A stretch of DNA of 64,000 nt, from NCBI GenBank assembly GCA_942490655.1, contig CALNXZ010000003.1:39441-103440 (forward strand), in the 5' to 3' direction. This document shows positions 19,335 to 30,049 of the stretch, piece after piece. A program made the position numbers and the translations under genes. The notes beneath the pieces are model-generated. The model did no database searches. It was not told where the DNA came from and saw only the letters and a program-made list of their open reading frames with translations. Position 1 is the first letter of the stretch. Each line of letters opens with the position of its first letter. Source of the stretch: an uncultured Gammaproteobacteria bacterium. GTDB taxonomy: Bacteria > Pseudomonadota > Gammaproteobacteria > Steroidobacterales > Woeseiaceae.

Positions 19335-19945
19335 CAGTGTCCGCCCATCAGTATTGGCATGTCATGTACGAAGTTTGCTGCCTCGTGCGGGGCGCTGAAC
19401 AACGCAGAGAACTCGCCGTCGGGATTCACAATCAGAACGGCTGCAGTATGGTTGACGTTGTAGTTGTCGTCGTCCGTTGGGATCTTCTCGAAATATATTC
19501 CCAGCGCCGTCGTGAGCTTTGCAAGTTCGTCGGGATCCCCGCGGACGCCAAGATTCCCTGCACCAAAGTAGTCCACGTACCGCCCCATGAGCGCTTGCGT
19601 GTCGCGCTCCGGATCGACACTGACCAGCACGATGCGTGGCACAGACTCCACTTCGGCGTTCTCAAGTTCGCGTTTCGCATTCGCCAGAATTTGTAGCGTC
19701 GTAGGGCAAACATCGGGGCAGTGGGTAAAGCCAAAGAAGAGCATGTCCCACTGGCCACGAAAGGAGTCCGCAGTGACTGTGTTGCCGTGTTGGTCGTATA
19801 GCGTGAAATCGGGCAATGCCTGCGGGCTTGGTACGGCAAACGCGGATCGCAACTCAGCGGGTTTGCTTAGCGTCGCGGCGACGAATATGCCAGCCGCTAG
19901 CGCGCTACCGAGCACAATGGCGATGAAGATATTTTTGAAACTCAT
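19334..19945 (-). CDS. SCO1/SenC family copper-binding thioredoxin-fold protein
   Basis: 203 aa. N-terminal TM helix. FGFTHCPDVCPTTL CxxxC motif and a downstream conserved His. Confidence 0.9.
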   Translation of the reverse strand: MSFKNIFIAIVLGSALAAGIFVAATLSKPAELRSAFAVPSPQALPDFTLYDQHGNTVTADSFRGQWDMLFFGFTHCPDVCPTTLQILANAKRELENAEVESVPRIVLVSVDPERDTQALMGRYVDYFGAGNLGVRGDPDELAKLTTALGIYFEKIPTDDDNYNVNHTAAVLIVNPDGEFSALFSAPHEAANFVHDMPILMGGH

Positions 19946-20010
19946 AGTATTCGTTATCTGGTCGTAATCGATGAGGAAGCGGCAATTCTACAGGCAGTTG
20001 GTGCGGCAGC

Positions 20011-20901
20011 GTGATAGATTCGCCGTCGCCTATGAATGTTGAGCAACTTATACAGACTATCGCAGAGCGCTTTGATGGCGCTTCGCTGTGGTATGGCCAC
20101 GGCACAGACAATCCCTTCGACGAAGCGGCCTGGCTGGTATTTGCCGGCCTGGAGCTTTCGCATGACGCGGCACCTGGCGTTTACGCCAATACTGTCGACG
20201 ACGCAGCAGCTGCTGAAATCCTGCAACTGGCACAGCGACGCATCGAGGAGCGGGTGCCACTCGCCTATCTCATCAGGCAGGCCTTCTTCGCCGGGCATGA
20301 ATTCTATGTCGATGAGCGCGTACTCGTGCCGCGGAGTCCAATTGCCGAATTGATCAATGCGCGTTTTTCGCCCTGGCTCGATGCCGACTCGGTCGAGGCG
20401 GCCGTGGACCTGGGAACGGGCAGTGGCTGTATCGCAATTGCGATCGCGCATGCATTTCCGCATGCGAGCGTCGACGCTGTCGATATTTCTCAGGATGCGT
20501 TACAGGTGGCCGTTATTAATATAGAGCGCCATGGTCTGCAACATCGCGTTACGCCGGTGCAGTCAGATTTCTTCGCCGCGTTGGGTGGCAAGAAGTACGA
20601 CCTGATCGTGAGTAACCCCCCGTATGTTGACCAGCCGGACCTCGAGTCGATGCCTGGCGAGTATCATCACGAGCCCAAACTGGGCTTGGCAGCGGGCGAT
20701 GACGGACTGGAATCGGTGCACAAGATTTTGCAAGATGCCTCGCGATTCCTTACAGACAGTGGAATACTCGTCTGTGAGGTAGGGAACAGTCAGGCCGCAC
20801 TCGAAAAAGCGTACCCCGAGGTGGCGTTTGTCTGGCTCGAATTTTCCGAGGGTGGGGCCGGCGTGTTTTTGCTGACCAAAGACGACTTACAAGGGTATTA
20901 G
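20011..20901 (+). CDS. prmB: 50S ribosomal protein L3 glutamine N5-methyltransferase
   Basis: [30 protein letters not shown] and NPPY motifs. It lies upstream of aroC as in E. coli. The start is GTG 20011 or ATG 20032. Confidence 0.85.
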   Translation: MIDSPSPMNVEQLIQTIAERFDGASLWYGHGTDNPFDEAAWLVFAGLELSHDAAPGVYANTVDDAAAAEILQLAQRRIEERVPLAYLIRQAFFAGHEFYVDERVLVPRSPIAELINARFSPWLDADSVEAAVDLGTGSGCIAIAIAHAFPHASVDAVDISQDALQVAVINIERHGLQHRVTPVQSDFFAALGGKKYDLIVSNPPYVDQPDLESMPGEYHHEPKLGLAAGDDGLESVHKILQDASRFLTDSGILVCEVGNSQAALEKAYPEVAFVWLEFSEGGAGVFLLTKDDLQGY

Positions 20902-20903
20902 CG

Positions 20904-21989
20904 GTGTCTGGTAATACATTTGGGCTGATTTTTACGGTTACAACTTTCGGCGAAAGCCATGGGCCGGCGCTGGGCTGTGTTGTTGACGGCTGCCCACCCG
21001 GAATGGAATTGTCGGAAGCGGACATTCAGGGCGACCTGGATCGCCGCCGCCCTGGCCGCAATCGCCATACAACACAGCGTAACGAGCCGGACCAGGTGAA
21101 GATTCTGTCGGGTGTTTTCGAAGGCAGGACAACCGGGACACCGATAGGCCTCCTGATCGAAAATACCGACCAGCGGTCGAAAGACTACGGTGATATCAAA
21201 GACAAGTTCAGGCCTGGGCACGCGGATTACACGTATCAACAGAAATACGGAATCCGGGATTATCGCGGTGGCGGCCGATCGTCAGCGCGCGAAACCGCCA
21301 TGCGCGTCGCAGCGGGCGCTATCGCGAAAAAGTACCTGAAAGAGCGTCTCGGTGTTGAAGTTCGCGGCTACCTGTCGCAGCTCGGCCCGATCAAGCTCGA
21401 GGCCAGAGATTTCGAGGGCATTGATGACAATGCCTTCTTTTGTGCCGATCCCGCCCGCATCGATGAACTCGACACCTTCATGGACGAACTCAGGGCCGAG
21501 GGCGATTCAATCGGTGCCAAGATCAGTGTCCTGGCCACAAATGTACCGCCGGGACTTGGCGAACCGGTCTTCGATAAACTCGAGGCTGATATCGCCCATG
21601 CATTGATGAGTATCAATGCGGTGAAAGGCGTCGAGTTGGGCGCAGGTTTTGCGGCCGTTAGCCAGCGAGGCAGCGAGCACCGCGATGAAATGTCGGCGAG
21701 TGGCTTCAGCAAGAACGATGCCGGTGGCACGCTCGGCGGAATTTCATCCGGACAGGACCTACTCGCAAGCCTTGCGTTGAAACCGACATCGAGTATTTCA
21801 AAGCCGGGCAAAACCATTGATCGCTCGGGCAAGGATACCGAGATCGTCACCACCGGACGGCACGACCCCTGCGTTGGATTGCGTGCGACACCGATAGCCG
21901 AGGCGATGGTTGCCCTGGTTATCATCGATCACTACCTGCGCAATCGCGCACAAAATGCCGATGTAAAATCGGCTACACCGGAGATTTAA
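20904..21989 (+). CDS. aroC: chorismate synthase
   Basis: 361 aa with a GTG start. [17 protein letters not shown] and RPGHAD..KYG motifs. Confidence 0.95.
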   Translation: MSGNTFGLIFTVTTFGESHGPALGCVVDGCPPGMELSEADIQGDLDRRRPGRNRHTTQRNEPDQVKILSGVFEGRTTGTPIGLLIENTDQRSKDYGDIKDKFRPGHADYTYQQKYGIRDYRGGGRSSARETAMRVAAGAIAKKYLKERLGVEVRGYLSQLGPIKLEARDFEGIDDNAFFCADPARIDELDTFMDELRAEGDSIGAKISVLATNVPPGLGEPVFDKLEADIAHALMSINAVKGVELGAGFAAVSQRGSEHRDEMSASGFSKNDAGGTLGGISSGQDLLASLALKPTSSISKPGKTIDRSGKDTEIVTTGRHDPCVGLRATPIAEAMVALVIIDHYLRNRAQNADVKSATPEI

Positions 21990-21990
21990 G

Positions 21991-23013
21991 TTGGCAGACC
22001 GTTTTGATGTTGCTGTCGTAGGAGCGACTGGTGCTGTAGGCGAGGCGTTGCTCGATATCCTCAGCACGCGAAAATTCCCCTATGGAAAAGTGTATGCACT
22101 GGCGAGCGACCGCTCGGCGGGCAATCAGGTGTCGTTTGCGAACGGACACCTGCAGGTACAGGACCTCGCTGATTTCGATTTTTCGAAAGTGCAGATTGGC
22201 CTGTTTTCCGCAGGGGGTTCGGTTTCCGAGGAGTATGCGCCAAAGGCAGCGGCCGCCGGCTGCGTGGTGGTCGACAATACTTCGCATTTTCGTTATGACG
22301 ACGATATTCCGCTGGTGGTGCCTGAGGTTAATCCGGAAGCCATTGCCGAATACAAGAATCGCGGCATAATCGCGAACCCGAATTGCTCAACGATACAAAT
22401 GGTCGTGGCCCTCAAGCCGATCTACGACGCGGTCGGCATTACGCGCATCAACGTGTGTACTTACCAGGCAGTTTCCGGCGCAGGTCGCCGCGCTGTGGAA
22501 GAGCTGGTGCGGCAGACCAGTGCATTGCTTAACGGACGCCCGCTCGAGCTCAAAGATGGCGTCAAACAGATCGCGTTCAATGCAATTCCGCACATCGACG
22601 TGTTTCAGGACAACCGCTACACCAAAGAAGAAATGAAGATGGTGTGGGAAACGCGAAAGATTCTTGATGATGCCGAAATACTGGTCAATCCGACTGCGGT
22701 GCGGATTCCGGCGTTTTTTGGTCACTCAGAAGCTGTCCATATTGAGACACGCGACAAGATTTCTGCGGCCGAAGCGTGCAAATTATTGTCAAAATCGCCC
22801 GGCGTCGAAGTACTGGACGGAGTGCAACCGGGAATGTATCCGACGGCGGTCACAGAGAGCTCCGGTCGGGATCCGGTTTTTGTTGGTCGGATCCGGGAGG
22901 ACATCTCTCACCCACGCGGATTAAACCTCTGGGTGGTGGCTGATAACATACGTAAGGGCGCGGCGCTAAATAGTGTCCAAATTGCTGAAATATTGGCAAA
23001 AAAGTATCTATAA
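21991..23013 (+). CDS. asd: aspartate-semialdehyde dehydrogenase family protein (short Asd/USG-1 type)
   Basis: 340 aa. TTG start with GGAG upstream. VGATGAVG Rossmann motif and NPNCSTIQM active-site Cys. It sits upstream of fimV-truA. Confidence 0.8.
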   Translation: MADRFDVAVVGATGAVGEALLDILSTRKFPYGKVYALASDRSAGNQVSFANGHLQVQDLADFDFSKVQIGLFSAGGSVSEEYAPKAAAAGCVVVDNTSHFRYDDDIPLVVPEVNPEAIAEYKNRGIIANPNCSTIQMVVALKPIYDAVGITRINVCTYQAVSGAGRRAVEELVRQTSALLNGRPLELKDGVKQIAFNAIPHIDVFQDNRYTKEEMKMVWETRKILDDAEILVNPTAVRIPAFFGHSEAVHIETRDKISAAEACKLLSKSPGVEVLDGVQPGMYPTAVTESSGRDPVFVGRIREDISHPRGLNLWVVADNIRKGAALNSVQIAEILAKKYL

Positions 23014-23090
23014 GCTATAGTCCAGTGGCAGTGAACGGCCCCAGACTGGATGTCGAATACGGGGCTTTTTGGGGTTTGGAGAAATACATT

Positions 23091-26000
23091 ATGTCGCGAC
23101 GCTTCACTCATCTCTTTCTATGGATGGTTTGCCTGCTGTGGAGCGAGGTTTGGGCTATCGGGCTCGGCGACATCAAACTGGACTCGGTGCTGAATGAACC
23201 ATTGCGTGCGGAAATCGTGTTGTTGTCCGCCAGCCCCGAGGAACTCAACGACCTCAAAGTGGCACTGGCTTCCGCCGAGACCTTTACTCGTTACGGAATT
23301 GATCGTCCTTTCTACTTACAGGGCATTGAATTTAATGTAGTGAACGGCGGCGCTGGCGGCAGTGTCGTGCAGATCCGGTCGCGATCACCCATTACAGAAC
23401 CCTTCCTGACCTTCCTTGTTGAAGCAACCTGGTCCAGCGGTCGTTTATTGCGTGAATACACTGTGTTGCTGGATCCGCCGACCTATGCCGCGCCAACCAC
23501 GCAACCAGCGCCGGCGATCGCAGCCCCCACACGCAGCACGCCCAGCGATGGTGGCACTATCGAGCGTCAGCCCAGCCAGCCCAGTCAACCCAGCCAGGCT
23601 TCGGCGCCGCAACAAGCTCGAACCACACCGCTGCCGTCGCAGCCCGCTCGCAGCAGTAATGCCGGCGAAACGGAATCGAATTACGAATCGGCCCCGCGCT
23701 CCGAGCCGCAGGTACCTGCCGACGACGCGCAATACGGCACGACCAGCGGCGGTGATGTCGAGGTACGAAAGGGTGACACCTTGTGGGGACTTGCGTCGCG
23801 ATTGCGTCCCGACACACGGCTGACCATGAGTCAGACCATGCTCGCCATTTTCGAAGCGAATCGAGAGGCATTTGGCGGCAATATCAACGTGTTACGTGCG
23901 GGTGCGAGCCTGCGAATTCCCAGTGCAGACGAAGTTTTCCGGATCGACCGCGGTACCGCAATCGGTGAGGTACAGCGTCAGCACAGCGCCTGGGGTGGTG
24001 CTGCCGGCTACACAGCCCCCGAAGCGCCGAGCACTCGTCCCAGCCTGACGCTGGTTCCGCCGGATGACGAAGACGCTAGCGGTGATTACGCGGACGACGC
24101 GTCCAGCTTCGAGCCTTTATCGCGCGAGCAGGAAGTTCAAAACCGCATCGCCGAACTTGAAGCGGCCGATGTCCCGAATCGGCAATCTCTGATTGAGGTT
24201 CGAGATAACGAGCTCGCTGCCCTGCGGCAGGAACTCGCGAACATCCGGGGTGAGGTTTACGAACCGCCGGTAGTTGAGCAGCCGGATAGCGTGTTTGTCG
24301 ATGAGGTGGTCGGTGACGATACGGTGGTCGACGATGTCATCTCAGGTGACGGTGAAGACCTTATAGCTGATGACGTTGATGACACTGCTGATACAACGGT
24401 GGATACGACGACCACCGTGCCAACGAATATAGTGACGACATCCTCGTCTAGCGACAAAGGATTTGTAGATAAGGCAATCGATTTTCTGGCGGCATGGGGC
24501 ATCATAATTGGCGCCCTGATTCTGGTCGCCGGTGGCTTGATCTGGTTCATGAAGCGCGGTCGCGATGCCGACGACGGCGATGACCTCGAGCGCCCCTGGG
24601 ACAGGCTGGACTCTGACGAGCCGGCGGTCGGTGCGATTTCGGCCACTTCGACCATGCAGGCGCCGAGCCCGGAAGAGGCGTTTGTAGTTGTTGAGCAGGA
24701 CTCGGGTGTACATCCCATCCTCGAAGACACAATCGAAGCGCCGGCGTCCAGTTTCAGCGAATCGTCAGGCGCATTCGGGTCGCTTGAAGATACCTTCAGC
24801 AGCGAAACGGCGGTCAATCTTGACCAGACCGACCCGATTGCTGAAGCGGATTTTCATATGGCCTACGGCTTGTACGACCAGGCTGCGGATCTGATCAGTG
24901 GTGCCCTGGAAACGGATCCCGGCGACAAATCGCTGATGTCCAAAATGTGCGAAATCTATTTCGTATGGGGTAACCGGGATGCATTCGTAGACTCTGCGGC
25001 GCGCCTCAAATCGGCCATTGGTGACTCGGACAGCGCCGATTGGGACAAGATTGTCATTATGGGACAGCAGATTGCTGCGGATGACGAGATGTTCGCGGGC
25101 GCTGAAGTCGTTGGGGCAACCAAAGCGGTTGACCTCTCATTTGATGAGGCCGGCGACGACGCCGGTGCGCTTGATATGGACTTCGGCGCCGATGCGACGG
25201 GCGAGTCGGAGGTTATCGATCTCGGCTCAGACGATGATTCGGAAGACGGCGTCGACTTCGATTTCGACGAGTCGAACGAGCAAAGCGACATAGATTTCGA
25301 CGTCACCGCGGAAACGCCCACTCTGGAATCGTCAATGACCGAAGCGACTGCGGAAATGCCGTCGCCGACGATATCGACGCCGACTATAGAAGAACAATTT
25401 GCCGGATTTGGGGACAGTACGTCTGAACTGCCTTCACTGGACGACTCGCTATTCGATGCGCTCTCGGACAGCGGACACGATGGCGACGAGACTTCTGAGA
25501 TCAATCTGGATGACCTTGATCTGGATATCACCGGCCAGAATGAAGAACTGTCAGATGATACCGGCATTAACGAGGCGCTCGCTGATCTTGCGGATGTGAC
25601 TGGCCGTAACCCTCAGATTGATCCGGATGCCACAGGTGTTCAACGCGGTCTGGACCCCGATTCCACGGGCTACCTCGAAGGACTGGACCTGAGCGACCTG
25701 GAAGACTCGGGGATGCGACTCGCTGCTGATGAAACCGGCCAAAACCCGATGGTGAACGCCGAGCACGAGATCGATCCGGACGAACTGAATGTCGATGAAG
25801 ATCTGCTGGACGCTACCGGGCACACGCAGGTGCTCAGCGGCGATATGGCTGTCGACACCGCGACAGGCTTACTCAATGAACTGGACGACCTTGATGCCAC
25901 AATGCTGGCACCGGATTCTGATGATGCCGAAACCCTGTTGGCGCCGCTGGATGATGACGACAATTTCGATTTTGCAAAGACAGAAGCGCTGCCGCCGGAA

Positions 26001-26408
26001 GCCTTCTCGGGCGATTTGGATCTCGACTCGACCGCGGAAGCACCGGCACTTGCGAGAACGGATGTTGACCTGGATCTTGACGATCTGACGGCGGCATTGC
26101 AGGTAAGCGAAATCGGCGACACGGTCGAGCAACGCCGTGACGACGCAACCGTGGAACAGCCGCGTCCGAAATTGCGCGACGAAACGGCGGAAGTGCCAAC
26201 CATGTCATTGGGCCCCGACGACATGAGCAGCGATTTACACGAAGCACGTACCATGACCGAAGTGGGCACCAAGCTGGATCTGGCGCGCGCTTACGTCGAT
26301 ATGGGCGACCCGGCAGGTGCGCGCAGTATTCTCGAAGAAGTTCTGGACGAGGGCGACAACGCGCAGAAGCAACAGGCTCAGCGGCTGCTGGATTCTCTTC
26401 CCAGCTAA
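23091..26408 (+). CDS. fimV: type IV pilus assembly / polar hub protein FimV
   Basis: The ATG at 23091 follows GGAG. LGDIKLDSVLNEPLRAEI N-motif, LysM (VEVRKGDTLWGLA..ASLRIP), one TM, a long acidic region and the FimV C-terminal motif TKLDLARAYVDMGDPAGARSILEEVL. asd-fimV-truA synteny holds. Confidence 0.9.
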   Translation: MSRRFTHLFLWMVCLLWSEVWAIGLGDIKLDSVLNEPLRAEIVLLSASPEELNDLKVALASAETFTRYGIDRPFYLQGIEFNVVNGGAGGSVVQIRSRSPITEPFLTFLVEATWSSGRLLREYTVLLDPPTYAAPTTQPAPAIAAPTRSTPSDGGTIERQPSQPSQPSQASAPQQARTTPLPSQPARSSNAGETESNYESAPRSEPQVPADDAQYGTTSGGDVEVRKGDTLWGLASRLRPDTRLTMSQTMLAIFEANREAFGGNINVLRAGASLRIPSADEVFRIDRGTAIGEVQRQHSAWGGAAGYTAPEAPSTRPSLTLVPPDDEDASGDYADDASSFEPLSREQEVQNRIAELEAADVPNRQSLIEVRDNELAALRQELANIRGEVYEPPVVEQPDSVFVDEVVGDDTVVDDVISGDGEDLIADDVDDTADTTVDTTTTVPTNIVTTSSSSDKGFVDKAIDFLAAWGIIIGALILVAGGLIWFMKRGRDADDGDDLERPWDRLDSDEPAVGAISATSTMQAPSPEEAFVVVEQDSGVHPILEDTIEAPASSFSESSGAFGSLEDTFSSETAVNLDQTDPIAEADFHMAYGLYDQAADLISGALETDPGDKSLMSKMCEIYFVWGNRDAFVDSAARLKSAIGDSDSADWDKIVIMGQQIAADDEMFAGAEVVGATKAVDLSFDEAGDDAGALDMDFGADATGESEVIDLGSDDDSEDGVDFDFDESNEQSDIDFDVTAETPTLESSMTEATAEMPSPTISTPTIEEQFAGFGDSTSELPSLDDSLFDALSDSGHDGDETSEINLDDLDLDITGQNEELSDDTGINEALADLADVTGRNPQIDPDATGVQRGLDPDSTGYLEGLDLSDLEDSGMRLAADETGQNPMVNAEHEIDPDELNVDEDLLDATGHTQVLSGDMAVDTATGLLNELDDLDATMLAPDSDDAETLLAPLDDDDNFDFAKTEALPPEAFSGDLDLDSTAEAPALARTDVDLDLDDLTAALQVSEIGDTVEQRRDDATVEQPRPKLRDETAEVPTMSLGPDDMSSDLHEARTMTEVGTKLDLARAYVDMGDPAGARSILEEVLDEGDNAQKQQAQRLLDSLPS
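23568..23594 (+). repeat. 9-bp in-frame tandem repeat x3 encoding (QPS)3
   Basis: cagcccagc cagcccagt caacccagc, read directly from the sequence inside fimV. Confidence 0.8.
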
Positions 26409-26414
26409 TTCAAG

Positions 26415-27173
26415 ATGCGCATTGCGCTAGGCATCGAGTACGACGGCACCGCGTACAATGGCTGGCAACGCCAGAACAGTGGTCTCGGCGTGCAACAACG
26501 CGTCGAAGAAGCACTCAGCCGTGTCGCCGATCATGCGGTCGAAGTCACCTGCGCCGGGCGCACCGATACCGGCGTCCATGCTACCGGCCAGGTCGTTCAT
26601 TTCGATACACCCAGTGTGCGTGACAATCGTGGCTGGCTGCTTGGCGCCAACAGCAATTTGCCGGACGATGTCAGCGTCATGTGGGCTCGCCATGTTGACG
26701 ATGACTTTCACGCACGATTCTCGGCGACTGCCAGAAACTACCGCTACCGCATACTCAATCGCCTGGAGCGATCAGCTTTGCATCGGCACCGAGCCTGGTG
26801 GGTGTATCAGCCCCTGGACGCCGCGCGCATGCACGAGGCCGCCCAATTGTTGCTGGGCGAACACGATTTTTCGGCATTTCGAGCGGCGGGCTGTCGCGCA
26901 AATACGGCACAACGTGAGGTCACGAAATCCATCGTTGAGCGTCATGGAGATTGGATCACGCTGGAGATATCGGCCAATGCTTTCCTGCAACACATGGTCC
27001 GCAACATAACCGGCGCGCTGGTCGCGGTGGGTGAGGGCGAGCGACCTGTACGTTGGATAGCCGACATACTCGAGAGCAGGGACCGAAAAAAAGGCGGGAT
27101 TGCTGCGCCGCCGCATGGGCTGACACTGGTGTCAGTTGACTATCCCGAAGCAGCTGACATACCGCAGCCCTAG
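26415..27173 (+). CDS. truA: tRNA pseudouridine(38-40) synthase
   Basis: 252 aa. IEYDGT.Y.GWQRQ and [10 protein letters not shown] catalytic Asp motif. Confidence 0.95.
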   Translation: MRIALGIEYDGTAYNGWQRQNSGLGVQQRVEEALSRVADHAVEVTCAGRTDTGVHATGQVVHFDTPSVRDNRGWLLGANSNLPDDVSVMWARHVDDDFHARFSATARNYRYRILNRLERSALHRHRAWWVYQPLDAARMHEAAQLLLGEHDFSAFRAAGCRANTAQREVTKSIVERHGDWITLEISANAFLQHMVRNITGALVAVGEGERPVRWIADILESRDRKKGGIAAPPHGLTLVSVDYPEAADIPQP

Positions 27174-27205
27174 CTGTCCCCAGGCTATACGGATATCATG
27201 GCATC

Positions 27206-28075
27206 ATGAGCTGGTTCGAAAAATTGATGCCGTCGCGCATCAGCACCGAAAACCGAACAAAGTCCGTGCCGGAAGGCGTGTGGATTAAGTGCGCGCGTTG
27301 TGACGCGCAGCTGTATCGCAACGAACTGGAGCGCAATCTTCAGGTGTGTCCGAAATGCGATCACCACATGCGTATCGGCGCGCGCAAGCGCCTCGAGTAT
27401 TTTCTGGATCGCGATTCGCAGACGGAATTGTCGGCCAATCTTGAGCCGGAAGATCCGCTAAAGTTCAAAGACAGCAAGCGTTACCGGGACCGCATCGTTG
27501 CTGCGCAGAAGAGCACCGGTGAGAAAGACGCGCTCGTGAGTGTCACGGGTACTTTGCACGGCAGGCCTGTTGTTGTCTGCGCTTTCGAATTCTCCTTCAT
27601 GGGTGGCTCCATGGGCTCGGTCGTCGGCGAACGATTCGCTCGCGCTGCGAATCACGCGGCCGAAAATAAAATGCCCTTGATTTCGTTTTCTGCCAGCGGC
27701 GGCGCACGTATGCAGGAGGCGTTGTTCTCATTGCTGCAGATGGCGAAGACGTCTGCAGCATTGGCCTTGCTCGGCGGCAAGAAAGTCCCTTACGTTTCAG
27801 TACTCACTGACCCGACCACAGGTGGCGTTTCGGCAAGTCTCGCGATGCTGGGTGATGTCAATATTGCGGAGCCTAACGCGCTGATCGGATTCGCAGGCCC
27901 GCGGGTCATCGAACAGACTGTCAGAGAACGACTGCCCGAAGGGTTCCAGCGCAGCGAGTTTCTATTGGATCACGGCGCGATCGACATGATCATTGATCGT
28001 CGTCAATTGCGCGACGAAATCGGCGAATTGCTTGCCAAGTTCGACGGTCGCCCGAGCCCTCTGCCAGCGCAGTAG
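27206..28075 (+). CDS. accD: acetyl-CoA carboxylase carboxyltransferase subunit beta
   Basis: 289 aa. Zn ribbon [16 protein letters not shown] and FSFMGGSMG motif. Confidence 0.95.
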   Translation: MSWFEKLMPSRISTENRTKSVPEGVWIKCARCDAQLYRNELERNLQVCPKCDHHMRIGARKRLEYFLDRDSQTELSANLEPEDPLKFKDSKRYRDRIVAAQKSTGEKDALVSVTGTLHGRPVVVCAFEFSFMGGSMGSVVGERFARAANHAAENKMPLISFSASGGARMQEALFSLLQMAKTSAALALLGGKKVPYVSVLTDPTTGGVSASLAMLGDVNIAEPNALIGFAGPRVIEQTVRERLPEGFQRSEFLLDHGAIDMIIDRRQLRDEIGELLAKFDGRPSPLPAQ

Positions 28076-28083
28076 CCTCAATC

Positions 28084-29361
28084 ATGCTTCCTTCCGGTGC
28101 GCCTTTGTCCCAGTGGCTGGCATGGCTCGAGACACTGTCGCCGAGTGAAATCAACCTGGGCCTCGATCGTGTACTGGATGTACTGAGCCGGCTCAATCTG
28201 CCGCGCCCCGATAAGGTCCTGATCATTGCCGGAACCAACGGCAAAGGATCCAGCGTTGCTATGGCAGATGCGCTCTTGCGTTCGAGCGGTAAACGCACGG
28301 GAGCTTACACTTCACCGCATATCATCAAGTACAACGAGCGTATTGTCGTCAACGGCGTTGCGGCGAGTGATGCCGAGATCATTGCGTCCTTCAAGCGGGT
28401 TGAAGCAGCACGTGGCGATGTCGAACTAACGTACTTCGAATTTGGCACGCTCGCTGCGGTGGATATTTTTGCCGCCGCGGAACTTGATGTATGGATACTG
28501 GAGGTAGGCATGGGAGGCCGGCTGGATGCGACCAATGCCATCGAGCCCGACGCCTGTCTGATTACCAATGTCTCACTGGACCACTGTGATTGGCTGGGGC
28601 ACGACGTTGAGACCATTGCGGTCGAGAAAGCCGGCGTCATGCGCGCGGGCATTCCGGCTGTGTTTGCTGGCCACAAAGCCCCGCAAGCGATATCCCGGAT
28701 TGCCAGCGAGATTGGCGCGGAGCTCCTGCTCGCCGGGCAGCATTTTGAGGTCTTCGGTATCGGTAGCAGTGAGTGGACCTGGCGCGGGCCGAACAGAGAG
28801 CTTCGCGCGTTACGAAAACCTGGCCTGCTCGGCGACTTCCAGGTACACAACGCGGCGGCTGTATTGGCGCTGCTGGACACCGCGGGTCTGGGGGATGGTC
28901 TGGATTCGGAACGGGTGAACCGGGTTCTGCCCGGATTGTCCGTACCCGGGCGCCTGCAGAAGCTGTCCGTCGATGGCAAAACGTGGTTATTCGATGTCGC
29001 TCACAACCCGGCAGCGGCGGGCGTGCTGGCGGCTACCTTGCAGACCATGGAGTCGCCGGCGGAGTTGATCGCGATCGCAGGAATCCTGAAGGACAAGGAT
29101 GTCGCCGGCGTGATCGAACCATTGACGCAATGGGTTGACCGCTGGATTGCGATTACCGCCGACAGTCCCCGCGCGCTGCCAGCGGATGAGCTCGGACGGC
29201 AGATTGCCACTTTGAGCGGCAAAGCCTGCCTCGTGGCCGAAACGCCCGGCGCAGCGATCGAATTTGCCCGGCGCTTTGCCGCAGAAAATGACAGAATACT
29301 GGTTACCGGGTCGTTCTTTACTGTGGGCCCGGTAATCAAGCAACTGACAGCGGATTCCTAA
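28084..29361 (+). CDS. folC: bifunctional dihydrofolate synthase / folylpolyglutamate synthase
   Basis: 425 aa. GTNGKGS P-loop and Mur-ligase-like layout. accD-folC synteny holds. Confidence 0.9.
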   Translation: MLPSGAPLSQWLAWLETLSPSEINLGLDRVLDVLSRLNLPRPDKVLIIAGTNGKGSSVAMADALLRSSGKRTGAYTSPHIIKYNERIVVNGVAASDAEIIASFKRVEAARGDVELTYFEFGTLAAVDIFAAAELDVWILEVGMGGRLDATNAIEPDACLITNVSLDHCDWLGHDVETIAVEKAGVMRAGIPAVFAGHKAPQAISRIASEIGAELLLAGQHFEVFGIGSSEWTWRGPNRELRALRKPGLLGDFQVHNAAAVLALLDTAGLGDGLDSERVNRVLPGLSVPGRLQKLSVDGKTWLFDVAHNPAAAGVLAATLQTMESPAELIAIAGILKDKDVAGVIEPLTQWVDRWIAITADSPRALPADELGRQIATLSGKACLVAETPGAAIEFARRFAAENDRILVTGSFFTVGPVIKQLTADS

Positions 29362-29369
29362 CCTAAACC

Positions 29370-29993
29370 ATGATGGAAAGAGCATTGAAAGAACGCATTA
29401 TTGGCGCCTGTGTACTGGTCGTTTTCGTAGTATTGGTCGTCCCCATTTTCCTGGATGGCCCGTCTGAGAGTAGCGAAACCGTGTCAGAGCGAGTGTTACT
29501 GCCTGGTCAGGAAGGGCAGGACATCAAGACCGTAGTTCTGGAGCGGGAACGATCGGAGCCAGTGCCGGTTGCCAGCAATGCCGCTACTAATGACAGCCCT
29601 AAAGCCGCGGTTATTAAGGAGCCAGAGACGAGCGCGCCGGAGACTGTGAAAATTCAGCCGGAGCCGGCTCCCGTCCGTGTTGAACAGGAGCAGGCGCAAG
29701 CCGAGGTTACGGCTGCCCCGCCAGAGGTCAAAACCACGCCGCCACCCAGCGCCTCGAGCACGGGGATGTGGGCCGTGCAGCTGGGCAGTTTTTCGAACAA
29801 GGAGAATGCCGAAAAACTCGCTGCAGACCTGAGAAAGCAGGGCTACGCTGCGTTCCTGAGTCAATTGAAAACCGACACCGGTGCTTTGCATCGCGTACGG
29901 ATTGGCCCGCAAAAGGACCGTGAAAGCGCGGAAGCGATGGCAGCGCGATTACTGAAAGTAGGTCATAAGGGACAAGTGGTACCGCATCCCTGA
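29370..29993 (+). CDS. dedD: SPOR-domain cell division protein (DedD-like)
   Basis: 207 aa. N-terminal TM, a Pro/Ala-rich linker and a C-terminal SPOR domain (WAVQLGSFSNKENAEKL..LHRVRIGP). It lies between folC and cvpA. Confidence 0.75.
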   Translation: MMERALKERIIGACVLVVFVVLVVPIFLDGPSESSETVSERVLLPGQEGQDIKTVVLERERSEPVPVASNAATNDSPKAAVIKEPETSAPETVKIQPEPAPVRVEQEQAQAEVTAAPPEVKTTPPPSASSTGMWAVQLGSFSNKENAEKLAADLRKQGYAAFLSQLKTDTGALHRVRIGPQKDRESAEAMAARLLKVGHKGQVVPHP

Positions 29994-30049
29994 TGATCTG
30001 CTAGAATCCGGTTCCATTCTTGTCCCTGGCGAACTGAGACGACAGCCGG

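Noticed and set aside
23039-23071. GCCCC...GGGGC stem followed by TTTTT after asd as an intrinsic terminator
   Set aside because: The stem is 5 bp with an 18-nt loop. It is thermodynamically doubtful, and it would sit only ~20 nt before the fimV start.
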